This document shows, in pieces, positions 1 to 13,030 of a DNA stretch of 64,000 nt (position 1 is its first letter; every line of letters begins with the position of its first letter). The notes beneath the pieces are model-generated. The model searched no databases. It saw only the letters and a list, made by a program, of their open reading frames with translations, and was not told the origin of the DNA. A program made the translations under genes and the position numbers. The stretch lies in assembly GCF_009914755.1 (NCBI RefSeq), contig NC_060926.1; one strand, given 5' to 3'. Source of the stretch: the human T2T-CHM13v2.0 reference genome, Homo sapiens.

Positions 1-1716
1 ATTTCTGTTTTTTTATTTTCTTTTTTTTCTATCTACCTCTTTGTTACTTTTGTCATTTACATCTGGGTGCATTGGCTCTCACGCCTGTAATCCCAACACT
101 TTGGGAGGCCAAGGTGGGTGGATCACCTGGGGTCAGGAGTTTGAGACCAGCCTGACCAACATGGTGAAACCCCGTCTCTACTAAAAATACAAAAATTAGC
201 CTGGTGTGGTGGCACATGCCTGTAATCCTAGCTACTCGGGAGGCAGGAGAATCAATTGAACCTGGGAGGTGGAGCAGTGAGCCAAGATTGTGCCATTGCA
301 TTTCAGCCTGGGTGACAAGAGGGAAACTCTGTTTCAAAAAAAAAAAAAAAAGTCTCATTTACATAATGTATTCTTTTATTGAGTTCATTGAATTATTAAT
401 CTATTTTATTGTGTGTCACTAAGTTTCCTTAAAATGATAATTTTAAATTACTTTAAAGATATTTTATAAATTTCCTTTTCTCTGGGGTCTCTTACTAGAT
501 AATTATTGTGTTATTTTAAAGCTGCCATGTTTCCTTGTTTTTTCATGTTTCTTATGTCCCTACTTTGATATGTGCACATCTGGTGGAACAGTCACCCCTT
601 TCAGTTTCATGGTTCTAAGATGTCAGTTGGGTAGAGTGTATCGGACTTGATTCTGGGTAGACACAGGGGTGTAGTATCTGAGCAGTTTATTCATCTGTAA
701 TTTGGGTCAGTCATTACGGGAGTGCCTCAGTAGTCTAGTCTGTGGAAGTTTATTGTGGCAGTGATGTGGCTTTTCTAGGAGCTAGGCACTGGGTGCTACG
801 TTGCTTTTCAGACTGTGTGGGCTCATGTGGTGTATTCACCAACTCAGGGTCAACCTTGCTGGGGGCACGGTCCTGAGCTAGTTCCAGGCAAGGAGTATGT
901 GTCTGTTATGGATCAGCTAAGGAATGGCTTGCTTGGGACAAGGCCACTGGTCTCATTCTCAGGCCAAAGGTGCACAATAGCACATGGCAGTTCAGCTGAC
1001 TTGGAGTTGTTTTTCTCACTGTATAGGACTACCTGTTCCTTCGGGGGCAGTGTACCTCATGTGATTGGGCACCAGAGTCACAGCCATTCTGCTACGCCTC
1101 AGCTCTGAGTAGCTTGGGTGGTCTTGGTACTGTGGCAACATATATGAGCATGATGGAATGAGGACACAGCCTCAAGGATTAAGATAATCAGTGACTACAA
1201 ACCAATACAACAAAGGGCACTCTAGAGGTAACTCTGGTTTCACGATGATGCCATGGTGTAGTAGTTTAGATAACCAGGATTCGGAGGTACACAATGTAGG
1301 CTCCTATTCTGGATCAATGCATCCATGTGAACTCCAGGCAGCTCCACAAACTGGGTGCAGAACTTGTGAGGAGTCGGGGTTTCTCCTGTAGCAAGAACTG
1401 CAGGTATATGCAGTGGTAATGGGTCTGTGAGGGGCCTCCTGCTTACCTTTTTCCCAAAAGGGAATGTTTGTCTTAGTTCTGAGTCACTCTTGGCAAGAAA
1501 AATGGGGCGGCAGAGACAGGGTACTTTGTTTCCTCTCTCTTTGTTCTATGCTGGCATCCTTTGTCTCTGTGCTACACAGGGATTCTGCCAGTTGCTTGCT
1601 GTACTCCAGCACTCTTTTGCAGATATTCTGGACAAATTTTAGTTGCTTGTTTCTTGTTTTTGTTCTTATTTTGTGCCGAAGATGAGTGCCAGGCACCTTT
1701 CATCAGCCATCTAGCT
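1..1716 (-). mobile_element. Old LINE-1 (L1M1/L1M2/L1MA-type) 5' UTR and ORF1 start, interrupted by an Alu
   Basis: Antisense L1 ORF1/5'UTR-like text (tttcatgtttcttatgtccc...gtgcacatctgg at ~541-582). It ends at cagccatct (~1704-1712), the reverse complement of the L1 5' AGATGGC start motif. Confidence 0.65.
63..351 (+). mobile_element. Alu (AluS, Sq/Sp-like)
   Basis: Dimeric Alu with the A5TACA linker and a poly(A) tail. TCATTTACAT is duplicated at 53-62 and 355-364 (TSD-like). Confidence 0.95.
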
Positions 1717-1779
1717 GACCACAGGTAAAATTTTTATAATTAAGATACCCATGCCTGGCTTTCCTTGCATCTACCCAAT

Positions 1780-4330
1780 TTGGGGTCCAATAAAATTCCT
1801 GGATCTGTTGGCTGCTGTTCTTAATGAATTCATAAAATTTTTCATTAAAATTTCCTTATGTATAGTTTCTATACCACTCTCCTTCTCTCTCTTTCTGAGA
1901 TTCCAATTACATTTTTTTTGTTAGCCTTCTTGACAATGTCCCATATTTTATTGAGGCTTTGTTCATTTATATATAAGGTAACATAATCAGCTTTGTTTTG
2001 GCTTTTAGGTGACATTACAAGTAGGATTGCAAAGCAAAAAATATTCTTATATACATTCAACCAAAGTGCTTATGTCTATTGTCAATTTTTTCAATAAAAC
2101 GATAACAAAGTAAAATGCAATCTTTTCACAGAAGAATGTATGGCAAATATTTTCTCCCAGTCTGTGTCTTATTTTTATATTCTTTCCCTGATGCCATATT
2201 TTCAATAATTGTATATATTAATTTTTACAAAGTCCAATATACTGACTTTTTCTTTTATCTTTAATTCATTCTGTCCTAAGAGATACTGGCATATTTAATT
2301 TGCAAATAATTTTTAGTTTTTAAAAAAACAATACTTTCAGCCTTTCTGTTTAGAAATACAATTCAGTTTGAGTCTTTAAAATTTTTCTTTAGTGTGTAGT
2401 ATAAGGTTAGTTTTCCTTTTTTAAAAAAAAAATTCAGATACTGCTTAGATTCCCAGAAATATTGTGGAATTGCTTAATGTTTTCTCATCAAAATAATTTG
2501 GTAACTTTATAAAAAATTAATAAACATATGTATGTATGTATTCTGACACTCTTCTGTATAACTGGCCTATGCCACACTGTCTTCATTTCTGTAGATTTAC
2601 ATTAAGTCTTGAAATTAAATAGTTTAATTCTTCCTATTACATACTTATATTTCAAGATTGTTTTACTATCTTTTTTTTTTGTATTTACATACACATTTTC
2701 TGAACTGATTAACATTTTCTTTAAAAAATGCTTACAAAGATGTTGATTAAAATGTCATTGAATTTATTGGCAAGTTGGGCAAAATTGACATATCAATATT
2801 AATCCTTTAAATACATGAACCTAGTACATGTCTCCATAGATTTCAGTTTAATAGCACTCAGAAATATTTTATAGATGTAATATACAGGTTTATACATACA
2901 TGGCTAAATCTATTCTTTGATATTTTATGTTTTTATGCCATTATAAATACTATTTTGAATGTCATTTTCCAATTTTTCATTACTAGTATATAGTAAAATT
3001 TATTTTTATATCCCACATAGTTGCTAAATTCCCTTATTAGTTTAATGTCATGTATTTGCTTTTCAACAATATTTTACCTAGATAATCATGTTTTCTATAA
3101 ATAAAGACATGTATACTTGTTTCCGATTTGTATACATTTTTTTAAAATTATTTATATGTTAGGACCCCCAGCATATATTGAATGGATTTGATAGTAGTAA
3201 ATAACCTTGTTCATGCCATTCATCCTTTTGAATTATACTGGATTTGTTTTGATAATATTTTGCTAATATTTTTTGTATATCTACATAAAGGATTTTGATT
3301 CATAGTTTTCCTTGCATGTAAAATATTTGTCTGGTTTTGTTATCAGCACAATGCAGACCTGCTAGAATGAGTTGAGAAGGATATTTACTTATTAACAGTA
3401 AATTACTTATTTCTTTAAGTTTTAAAGATTTTGTAGTATGTGTTATTTATTCTTAAATGTGTCACAGAATCCATTTGGCCTAGAATTTTCTTTGGGGGAA
3501 GGTCTCTGTTTAAGATTCAATTTCGTAGTCTTTCTTTAGTAAATTCTCATTATTTGTGCTTCCAAGAAATTTGTATTTTTCATCTTAATTTTCACCTTAT
3601 TTTTGTAATTATATATAGCAGAAAATCAACTTAAGTAACTCAAAACAGATGTTATGTTTTAATTAATTTTTTCTGTCCATAAGTGTGGATGACCTCTATT
3701 GACATTTACTAATTTTTTTAAAAAATGTTTCTGTTGTGTTTTATCCTCCACTAATCCTGTTGCATGAAATTTTATTATATTTTTAAGTAAGTTATTTCTC
3801 AGATATCATTTGCTTCTTTTTATATTTATAAATGTCTTCTAATGGTTCTTAGCTTTTCATATATCAATTCTGTTTTATAGACCTTTATTAGAGTTATCTG
3901 AGTTTTCTTAAAGTTATTTTCTGCTTATTTTTTTACCTGGTTCGCTGGATGTGCTTCAAATGATAGCTCTGGCTCTTAACTCTATGTTTTATTTCCCCAT
4001 TCTTTACATGTCAGTGATTTTATATTACATATTGTGCAAAGTGTACAGAATCTGGATACTCTTATACTATTTTGACTATTTGGTTATCTTCTTCTGAAAA
4101 TCATTGCCTTTTATTCATGCAGGTGATCATTTGACATTGTGGAAGTTTAGTTCAGTCCCTGTTAGAATAGGTCTATTTCTGTTTTTCCTTAGTCTTAAAA
4201 TCCTTCAGTTCTTGGGTAGTATCTGTAATCCTGAAGTATGGACTGGAGTTTTCATTAAAAAATTGAAATATTTAGTAAACCCCTTGAAATTTGTGGGAGT
4301 CGAACTTAAAATATGAATGTCATTCAACCT
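1780..4330 (-). mobile_element. Highly diverged L1ME-type fragments
   Basis: Minus-strand ORF 1869-2060 encodes the ORF1-like peptide LNKIWDIVKKAN..VIGISE. ggcaaatattttctcccagtctgtg (~2141) is antisense ORF2 3' sequence. Confidence 0.55.
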
Positions 4331-5069
4331 GTTTCTCTTTTTCTTAAAGTCCAAATTCCTTGCAGTTTTTTCATGACATGGAGTATTGTATATTCCATAC
4401 ATATGTAAGTAAATTCATATATTGCAAGACAGTTTCTATGATTAGATTTTAGAATAAAATTCACCTCTTGGCCTTTTAAAATACCAGTACTTTAAATATG
4501 ATATTCTTGAAATAAAATCAAGTGGAACTACTGAAAAATTAGAAACAATATAATTCAATTAGAGAAAAGACATTTTATATACTTAAAGAATGTATTACTA
4601 TCAGTAAAATTAAGTGCACATGTATCTAAATGGGTTTGACACCCAATGTACTATTCAGTGCTAATACATTGTTACGTATGAATACATTTATAAACAAATC
4701 AATTCTGTAATTTTTAAATCATAAAATAAAATTGCATATTTTTATCAGCATATATATGTATATGCAGTAAATTTTAAAGATGGATTCAAAAAAGACAAAA
4801 TAATTACATTCGATAAAACAGTAAGAAGAACGGGATAAGAAAGGACAAAAGGAAATCTTAATTGTAAAGAATTTTAATTTTCTTACAAATTATATAAACT
4901 GCAAAATATTACCATAACTTAAATAAAATGGTTGAAAAATTGATGTGGGCAACCTTATTTTTAAATATTTATGTATAATAATAATAAAATAAAATAATTT
5001 AAATAAATAAATAAATATTTATGTAACTCCAATTTTTTAAAAAATGTTATTTTTGCCCAGCTTTAATGA

Positions 5070-7830
5070 AAATTTTCTTTATTGAAGTGTGAATCATGAT
5101 GATTTGATATATGTATATATTATGAAATGGTTACTACAATCTAGCTAATTAATACATCTATCACCTCACATAATTACCCTTTTAAAGAATTTTATTTAAT
5201 CTTTCGACCATTTTATTTATTTTTTTAACATTTATTTTAGTTTCAGGGATATATGTGCAGGTTTGTTATATAGGTAAATTATGTGTCATAGGACTTTGAT
5301 GTACTAATTTTTTGTCACCCAGGTAATATGTGTAGTACACAATAAGTTTTTATTCTATTATCTTTCTCTTTTCACATGCCACCCTCAAGTAGGCCCTGGT
5401 GTCTGTTGTTCCATTTTTTGTGTCCATGTGTTCTCAATGTTTAACTCCCATTTATAAGTGAGAACATGCAGTGTTTGATTTTCTGTTCCTGTTATTTCAC
5501 TTAGGATAATGGCCCCCAGCTGCATCCATGTTACTGCAAAGGACACGATCTCATTCTTTTTTATGACCGTGTAGTGTTCCATGGTGTATATGTACCATAT
5601 TTACTTTATCCAGTCTAGTGTTGATGGACATTTAAGTTGATTCCATGTCTTTGTTATTGTGAATAGTTATGCAATGAACATACACGTCCATGTTTCTTTG
5701 TTGTAGAACAATTGATATTCCTTTGGGTATATACCCAGTAATGGGATTACTGGGTTGAATAGTAATTCTGTTTTGAGTTCTTTAAGAAATCACCAACCAA
5801 ACTGCTTTCTACAATGGTTGAACTAATTTACATTCCCACCAGCAGTGTATAAGTGTTCCCTTTGCTCTAGAACCTCCCCAACATCTGTTATTTTTTGACT
5901 TTTTAATGATAGCCATGACTGGCATTAGATGGTATCTCACTGTGGTTTTATTTGCATTTCTCTAATGATTAGTGATGTTGAGCATTTTTTAAATATGCTT
6001 GTGGGCTGCATGTATATCTTCTTTTGAAAACTGTTTATTCATGTCCTTTGTTCACTTTTTAATGGTATTGGTTTTTTTTTTTTTGCTTGTTCTCTGAAGT
6101 TGCTTAAAGATTCTGAATATTAGCCCTTTGTCAGATGCAAAATTTGCAAATATTTTCTCTCATTTTGTAAGTAGTCTCTTTATTCTGTTGATAGTTTATT
6201 TTGCTGCACAGAAGCTTGTTAGTTTAATTAGGTCCTATTTGACAATTTTTGTTTTTGTTGCAATTACTTTTGGCAACTTTGTCATGGAATCTTTGCCAGG
6301 GCCTATGTCCAGAATTGTATTTCCTAGGTTATTTTCCAGAGTTTTTATAACTTTAGGTTTTTCATTAAAGCATTTAATCCATCTTGAATTGATTTTTGTA
6401 TATGGTAAGGAAGAGGTCCAGTTTTGATCTTCAGTATATGGCTAGCCAGGTATCCTAGCACCATTTATTGAATAGGGAGTCCTTTCTCTGTTGCTTGTTT
6501 GTGTCAACTTTATCAAAACTTAGATGGTTTTAGGCGTACAGCTTTATTTCTTGGCTATCTATTCTGCTCCATTGGTCTATGTGTCTGTTTTTGTATGAGC
6601 ACCATGCTGTTTTGGTTATAGTCGCCTTGTAGTATTGTTTGAAGTTGGGTAACATTATGCCTCCAGCTTTCCTCTTTTTGCTTAGGATTGCCTTGGCTAG
6701 TCAGGCTCTTTTTTGGTTCCATGTAAATTTTAGAATAGTTTTTTCTAATTATGTGAGGAATGTCATTTGTAGTTTGATAGGAATAGCATTGAATCTATAA
6801 ATTGCTTTAGGGAGTATGACCATCTTAACACTATGAATTTTTCTTATCCATGGGCATGGAAAGTTTTTCCATTTTTTTGTGACATCTCTGAATTCTTTGA
6901 GCAGTGTTTTGTAATTCCTACTGTAGAGGTATTTCACCTCTGTGGTTAGCTGTATTCTTAGGTATTTTATTCTTTTAGTGGTTATTATGAAGGGGATTGG
7001 ATTCTCTATTTGGATCTCAGCTTGGGTATTGTTGGTGTATAGAAATGTTACTGAGTTTTGTACATTGACTTTGAATCCTGAAACTTTGCTGAAGTTGTTT
7101 ATCAGATCAAGGGGGTTTTGGACACAGACCGTGGGGTTTCCTAGGTATAGAATCATATCGTCTGCAAACTGAGATACTTTGACTTCCTCTCTTCCTATTT
7201 GGGTGCCTTTTATTTTTTTCTCTTGCCTAATTGCTCTGGCCAGGATGTTGAATACTGTGTTGAATAGGAGTGGTGAAAGTGGGTATCCTTGTCTTGTTCC
7301 AGTTCTCAAGAGGACTACTTCCAGCAGTTATTATTTTTGTGGTGAGAAGTCTGGATATCTACTCTCTTAGCAAATTGCAAGTATTAAATATAGTATTATT
7401 AACTACAGTAACCATGGTGCACATTAGATCTCCAGAACTTATTCACCTTGTGATGCAAGGTTTGTACTTTTTGATCAATGTCTCTCCACTTTCCCACCCC
7501 CTAGCAAACACTATTCTATGAGTTTACCATGTTTTAAATGCCACATGCAAGTGAGATTATAGAATATTTGTCTTGCTGTGTCTGGCTTATTTGACTTAGC
7601 ATTATGTTCTTAGGGTTCATTCATGTTTTCATAAATTGCAGGAATTCCTCCTTTTATATGGCTGAATGATATTTCATTGTGTAAATCATACATTCTTTAT
7701 TCATTCATTGAAAAATACATAGATTGTTTCTATATCATGGCTATTGTGAGTAATGCTTTAGTAATCACCGGGGTGAATATATCTCTTTGAGATACTGATT
7801 TCATTTCTTTTGGATATATACTAAGAAATA
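5070..7830 (-). mobile_element. L1MA8/9-type 3' end, split into 5070-5185 and 7326-7830 by a younger L1
   Basis: tcacctcacataattacc continues, after the insert, as ttttgtggtgagaag...tactctcttagcaaatt...cattagatctccagaacttattca, the L1MA 3' UTR. Confidence 0.75.
5186..7325 (-). mobile_element. 5'-truncated L1PA15/16-type LINE-1
   Basis: Antisense 3' UTR (tatataggtaaatt...ccaccctcaagtaggccc). ORF2 remnant 6749-7309 includes [14 protein letters not shown] and FADD. Confidence 0.85.
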
Positions 7831-7889
7831 GACTGAAGAGTGCTTGTAACATTTTGTTTTAACATTTCTGTTACTTCTTAAAGCTTTTA

Positions 7890-8340
7890 ATGAACTTTGT
7901 GCATTGAAATAATTATAGACTAACAAGAAGTTACAAAAGTAGCATAAAGATTTCTCATGTACTCATCACCAATCTTTCTATTATTTTCATTTTGCATAAC
8001 TAAAGTAGATTACCAAAATTAAGACCTTGACAATAAAACAATATGATTTACAAGACTGTAGGCATTACTGAGATTTCAGCAGTTTTGGCATGATTTCATT
8101 TATTGTATGTCTTTGTACATAATTCTATCACATTTGCCACATGCGTAGATTCATAAAACCATCACCACAATCAAGGTACAAAACTCCCTTGTTACCATCA
8201 ATAAACTTCCTCATGCCAATATCCATTTTAGTCTCATATCCCCACTCCTTGCCTAACTGCTAACCACTGACTTGTTCTCCATTTGTATAATTTTGATTTT
8301 AAAATATTTTATAAATTAAAAATAATTTATTAAGTGAAAG
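7890..8340 (-). mobile_element. L1MC/L1MD-type 3' fragment
   Basis: tgaaataattatagactaacaagaagttacaaaa...ccatcaccacaatcaag...taaccactgacttgttctccattt resembles an old L1 3' UTR in antisense. Confidence 0.55.
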
Positions 8341-8400
8341 TTAATGATACCAACTACTCTCCAGCAAAATATGACCTTAATAAATATCAACGTAACATAT

Positions 8401-8811
8401 TGTGTTAGTCCATTTTGTATTGCTATAAAGAAATACCTGAAACTGGGTAACCTATAAAGAAGAGATTTATTTGGCTCATGGTTCTGCAGGCTGTTCAAGA
8501 AACATGAAATCAGCACCTGCTTCTGGTGAAGGCTTCAGGAAGCTTGCAATCATAGGAGAAGTAAAGGAGGAGCAGGCATACTACATGGAGAGAGGGAATA
8601 CAAGGGAAAGAGAGAGGAGGTACTAGACTCTTTTAAACAACTAGCTCTCCTGTGAACTAAGAGAGTGAGAACTCAGTCACCTCAAAGGCAAAAGGCATTC
8701 ATGAGAGATCTGCTGCCATGACCCAAACACCTCCCACTAAGCCCCACTTCCAACATTAAAGGTCGCATTTCAACATGAGATTTTCAGGGAACACATACCC
8801 AAACTATATCA
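8401..8811 (-). mobile_element. MST-family (MSTA/B) ERVL-MaLR solo LTR
   Basis: TG...CA termini: tgtgttagtccattttgtattgctataaagaaatacctgaaactgggtaa ... caaactatatca. Confidence 0.9.
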
Positions 8812-10479
8812 CCTACTAATATAACAAGATGACTTTGGTGTCAAATTAAAAACAAATGGATATACATTTTATTCATAAATGCAAACAAATCTTACCAAGT
8901 TTGAAGTTGATATTTCAGCCCCACTTCACCGATTTAATGTTTCTCTATTTTTAATTTTTTTAATTTCACATCACTTTACTCTTTGGAATAAATTCTAAAG
9001 AGTACTTTTACTGAGCCGCTGAAGTATAAAATTGCAACGCAGACAAAATTCCACTAAGACAAACTAAAAGGTTTTAAACCATAAAGAAAATGCACCTGTG
9101 GATATTCAATCTATTTTAAAATATGTTTAATATTTTTTTCCCAACTAGAAGGAAAGCCTCCACTAATCAGTATGTTAAAAAAAAAAGAGACAATTACAGA
9201 GGTTCAAGGGTCACTTTTTAATATGGAATTGACTATTAAAGGCCAGATTCTATCAGAATTTAGAAATTTGGCCCAATATAGTTTGAAGATAACACATGAT
9301 TTCTCATATTCTATAGTTTTTATGGTAGAGACATCTGAAAAATGGAAGCCTAATGTCCCCATGAGCTATTTCGTTGTTTTCTCAAGGCTCTCAGAAGTGG
9401 AACTGCAAGAAGGAATTGATTCAGTGATTACTGCACAATGCCATTCTGGGTTTTGAGCCTTCTGGATATCCTTATTGCTACTATTGCTGTAAAGAAGTAT
9501 ATGCCACTGTGCAATATCGTCAAAAAAAAAAAAAACTGTAGTGTCAGTAGAAATGCTGTCAACTTTTTGCTGTTGATGTGTTCATCTGGTTAGAAGCTAT
9601 GGTTAGATTTATGAAAAGTGTTACCCTGGCATGGAGCAATAATAGTCTGTAACCATACAATATAGTTCAAGTGGTTGTACGATTTTATGAAAGCCTATCA
9701 GTATTCTCTACAATCATAGTGAGTTATCTGAAAGTACTCACTGTAATTGTAGAGAAAGTACTCACTATACTGCAACTCTTAGTGGAACAGTTTCAACTAA
9801 CCCCTTTCACACATACCTTACCTTCACAAATGTACAGAGAAATGAGATAGAAAGCAAAGTAAATGAAAATTCTAGGAACCATTACTACAGAAATATAAAC
9901 CCACCAATGAACACATATTGCTGTTTACATATAGAGAAAAGGTAAACACTGAATAATGCAATTAAAAAGTGATATGTTTGCCTGTATATTTTACCCAAAT
10001 AATAATTTAGTTCATCTTGTCCTGAGAAACTTTGGATCAAGTGATTTGACTAGAGACCTAGATAATGATTAAGAGCAAATATCAGCAAACTACTCCCCCG
10101 CAAATGCACAGGCAACCTTGAAGAGATGTAGCAGTTAGAGGAGGAGATGAGGGTCGTTTATGAAATTGTCAGAACAGTCAGCAAGTGAGATTTCCCCTGA
10201 CCAGAGGGAACAGCGCAAGAGCCGGAAAACAAATACCCAAATACCCTCAGAGGAATGCTTTAACCAGAAGCAGTTGAACTTCTGTGGCTATGACCAGAGG
10301 AGGCCAGAGCATTGTTTCATTACCTAGGACCTTTGAGTCAGCAGAAGAAATGGAAAAAAGCACATTTTGCCTTAATTTAAAAATGGATCTATTGAATATT
10401 AAGGGATTTTTGAACCCAACCAAACGAATGTAAAGAGTTGGAATAATTATCAGGTCAAATGTAAACAGGGCTATCAAGA

Positions 10480-10700
10480 AAATAAGTATTAATTGAGAAC
10501 TAAAATGTGCTACTTGTTCCAGGTTCTGGCAGGTTCAATAGATGAATAAGATACATTCTATTGCCTTAAATACAGTCATTGACCTTATATTCTATGGGAT
10601 TAAAAATCTCACATGTCAATGCGTTTTATATAGAGCATAATGAAGTGACTACACATAAGGCCTAAAGACAATCAAAATGTAGCTAAGGAATAAGATGAAC
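10480..10700 (-). mobile_element. L2 3' fragment
   Basis: aagtattaattgag...gatgaataagatacattctattgcctt resembles the antisense L2 3' end. Confidence 0.45.
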
Positions 10701-11597
10701 AGCTTTTATAATGTTTCCCTAGAAAAAAAGATTGAGAGAAAATTTCCCAAACATTTTGAATATTACAGTGATGCATATAACCTTATTAATCTTATACATG
10801 TTTTGCTTCTTTAGGGTGCATGGCTTTTTTAAAATTTTAAGACTAATACTCACATGTATATGACAAATATGGGCATATTTAAGACCAACATGTATATGCA
10901 CAAATCTGTATCCATATACATACATGCACACATAAGTATTGTCAATGCATTAGTTCAATTATAGCATTATAGGAAAGAAACAATTGGGTAGTCTGCTAAC
11001 TTTGATTTTGAAACTTGTCATTGCTGATGTTTTAGTACTGAACTTCTCACTACTGATGTCTGTCTCTTTAAATCAGCATCGCAGATAGCAACAAACAAAA
11101 TAAAATATTATGTAAACCTTTTCAACTTTGCCAGGGACTCAGAAATGCTGTATCTGTCAGTATTGAGCATTTGTGGCCTAAGGGAAGTGCTGAAATTGTT
11201 TGGCAAGTCTCATTTTCCATTTTGATGGTATTTTTATCTTGCTAAAAGAAGCTGTAAAAAGAGCGATTAGGCAGCAAGACTGTGGATTTCTAATTGATGC
11301 CCTGGCCTTTAAATCTGCCTTCACACGAGCTGTGATGTCCTAAAGAAACACTTTACTCAAGGGGCCATTAGGCAGAAATGCTCTTTCCTGATAAACGATG
11401 TCCTACCCTTTCAATTTGTCTTTCTCAAGGTGGCTCTTTATTTAAGAGCTATCTTGAAGGAGGAGGAATAAGGAGAAATGTGAAGGACTGAAATGTATTT
11501 CTTACCATAACAACCCACTTTTTACATTTGTCTTAATTATAGTAGGTACTTAAAAAGGAACCCCTTTTATTGTGAGAAATTTCAGACCAATGATGTC

Positions 11598-12665
11598 TGT
11601 ACTATATGTATAATCCTGTATGTTTTATTTTTTTAAGGGAAAAGATGGGATTGTCCTGTGCTTACCTCAAGCCTAGTGAGAATGGTTTCATGGAGGCCTC
11701 TCAGTGTGCTTGATATATATCCCCTGCAGATACATAGAGAACAATGGACTAGTGTCTGACACGGATCCTGAAATCTAAAAGTGTGAATGTATGGCAATGA
11801 ACCTGAGCTGGCAGAGAAGAGATTCTGTTGCACTGGGAAATAGCTACTCTTCGGATGGAAGGGGATTAGTGGCATGGGGTATGTGTGTGTTTCATAGAAC
11901 AGAAGTGGCATATGCAGAAGAGAAAGGCTACAAAACATCATTTAGTATTCTGCCCCAAAGGACCAACTATAAAGATACCTGTGACCCATCAGAAACAGTC
12001 TGGAAAAGAGGAAAATGGAAGTAATATTTTTTTTAAAAACTGAGTAACAGAGAAAGAGGTGTAAATGCACTACTCATTATCACCAAGAACGCAGCTGGTT
12101 GCTGCAGAGCAAGTCCTCTGAAGCACCCATGGAGACTCTTCTCAAGAGAAAGACTCAACTTTAAAGACTTACCTTGCACAAAAAAGCACAAATCCACCCC
12201 TAGAGTTTTCTCAGACTGGTGTGAACCTCACATTCCCCTTACCTCTTCTCTCTACCCCAACTTAGACACTGATAGAATGAAAAATTGTGGTTATTAGTGT
12301 GAAGGAAGAGAAGAAATAATAGGAACAAGAAAAGAGAAACAGCCAACTATATCCCCATCCCTGAGGGGATTACAGTGGTACCTACATACATGTAACCAGC
12401 CCTAGCTGGTCTGTGTTACCTGTGAATAAAAATTTAAATTGATCAATACTTTGGGCAATTACATTACTTGTAATTACTGACTTGATTTAGAAGGACGCTA
12501 GCATTTCTTTAAAGTGATGGGAAATTCCTGAGTTCCCGTGAGTCTTTATCCGGTGGCAAAATGAGAACTAATGCAGTAAAACATTTGCAAGACAGAAGGG
12601 GGCAAAAAATGAAAATATATTTTGCATATATCCCATAAGTCCTGCTCCTTTACAATAACAAGTTT
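11598..12665 (+). mobile_element. Possible ancient LTR (MamGypLTR-like)
   Basis: Starts tgtactatatgtataatcctgtatgttttattt and ends ...tttgcatatatcccataagtcctgctcctttacaataaca. Loosely resembles recalled mammalian Gypsy-like LTR consensus; not verified. Confidence 0.3.
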
Positions 12666-12904
12666 AAATTAGGGTTTCAAATATATTTAATTTCACTTTC
12701 TGATTACCCAAATCTTAGCTCATTATGATCTTTTCAAAGATATTATTTTCTGATCATTAAAGCTACATAGCTACCCTTCTTAGCTCTCTATCACATTGCT
12801 TGTTTGATAACAGTTGTTGAGCTCCAAAATAATCTTTCTCAGGTAGCTTTTCATTGTCCTTCTCACGTTTCCCAGTAGAATGTAAGTTCCTATGAAGAAG
12901 GAAC

Positions 12905-13030
12905 CACCTGGGTGACAGAATAATTCATACCCCTAACTTCAGTGTCATACATATTTACACATACATATTTGTGTGACAAACCTGCACATGAACCCCTTGA
13001 ACCTAAAATAAAAGTTTAAATAAAAATATT
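12905..13030 (+). mobile_element. Short L1PA15/16-type 3' tail fragment
   Basis: acctgggtgacagaataat...caaacctgcacatgaaccccttgaacctaaaataaaagtt followed by an A-rich tail. Confidence 0.8.

Noticed and set aside
53-358. 101-aa ORF (also 22542-22956 and 34221-34508)
   Set aside because: These are antisense Alu translations, a well-known artefact.
9730-9767. GAAAGTACTCACT repeated twice
   Set aside because: A short local duplication with no further structure; similar micro-duplications occur at ~37930, ~41292 and ~44651.
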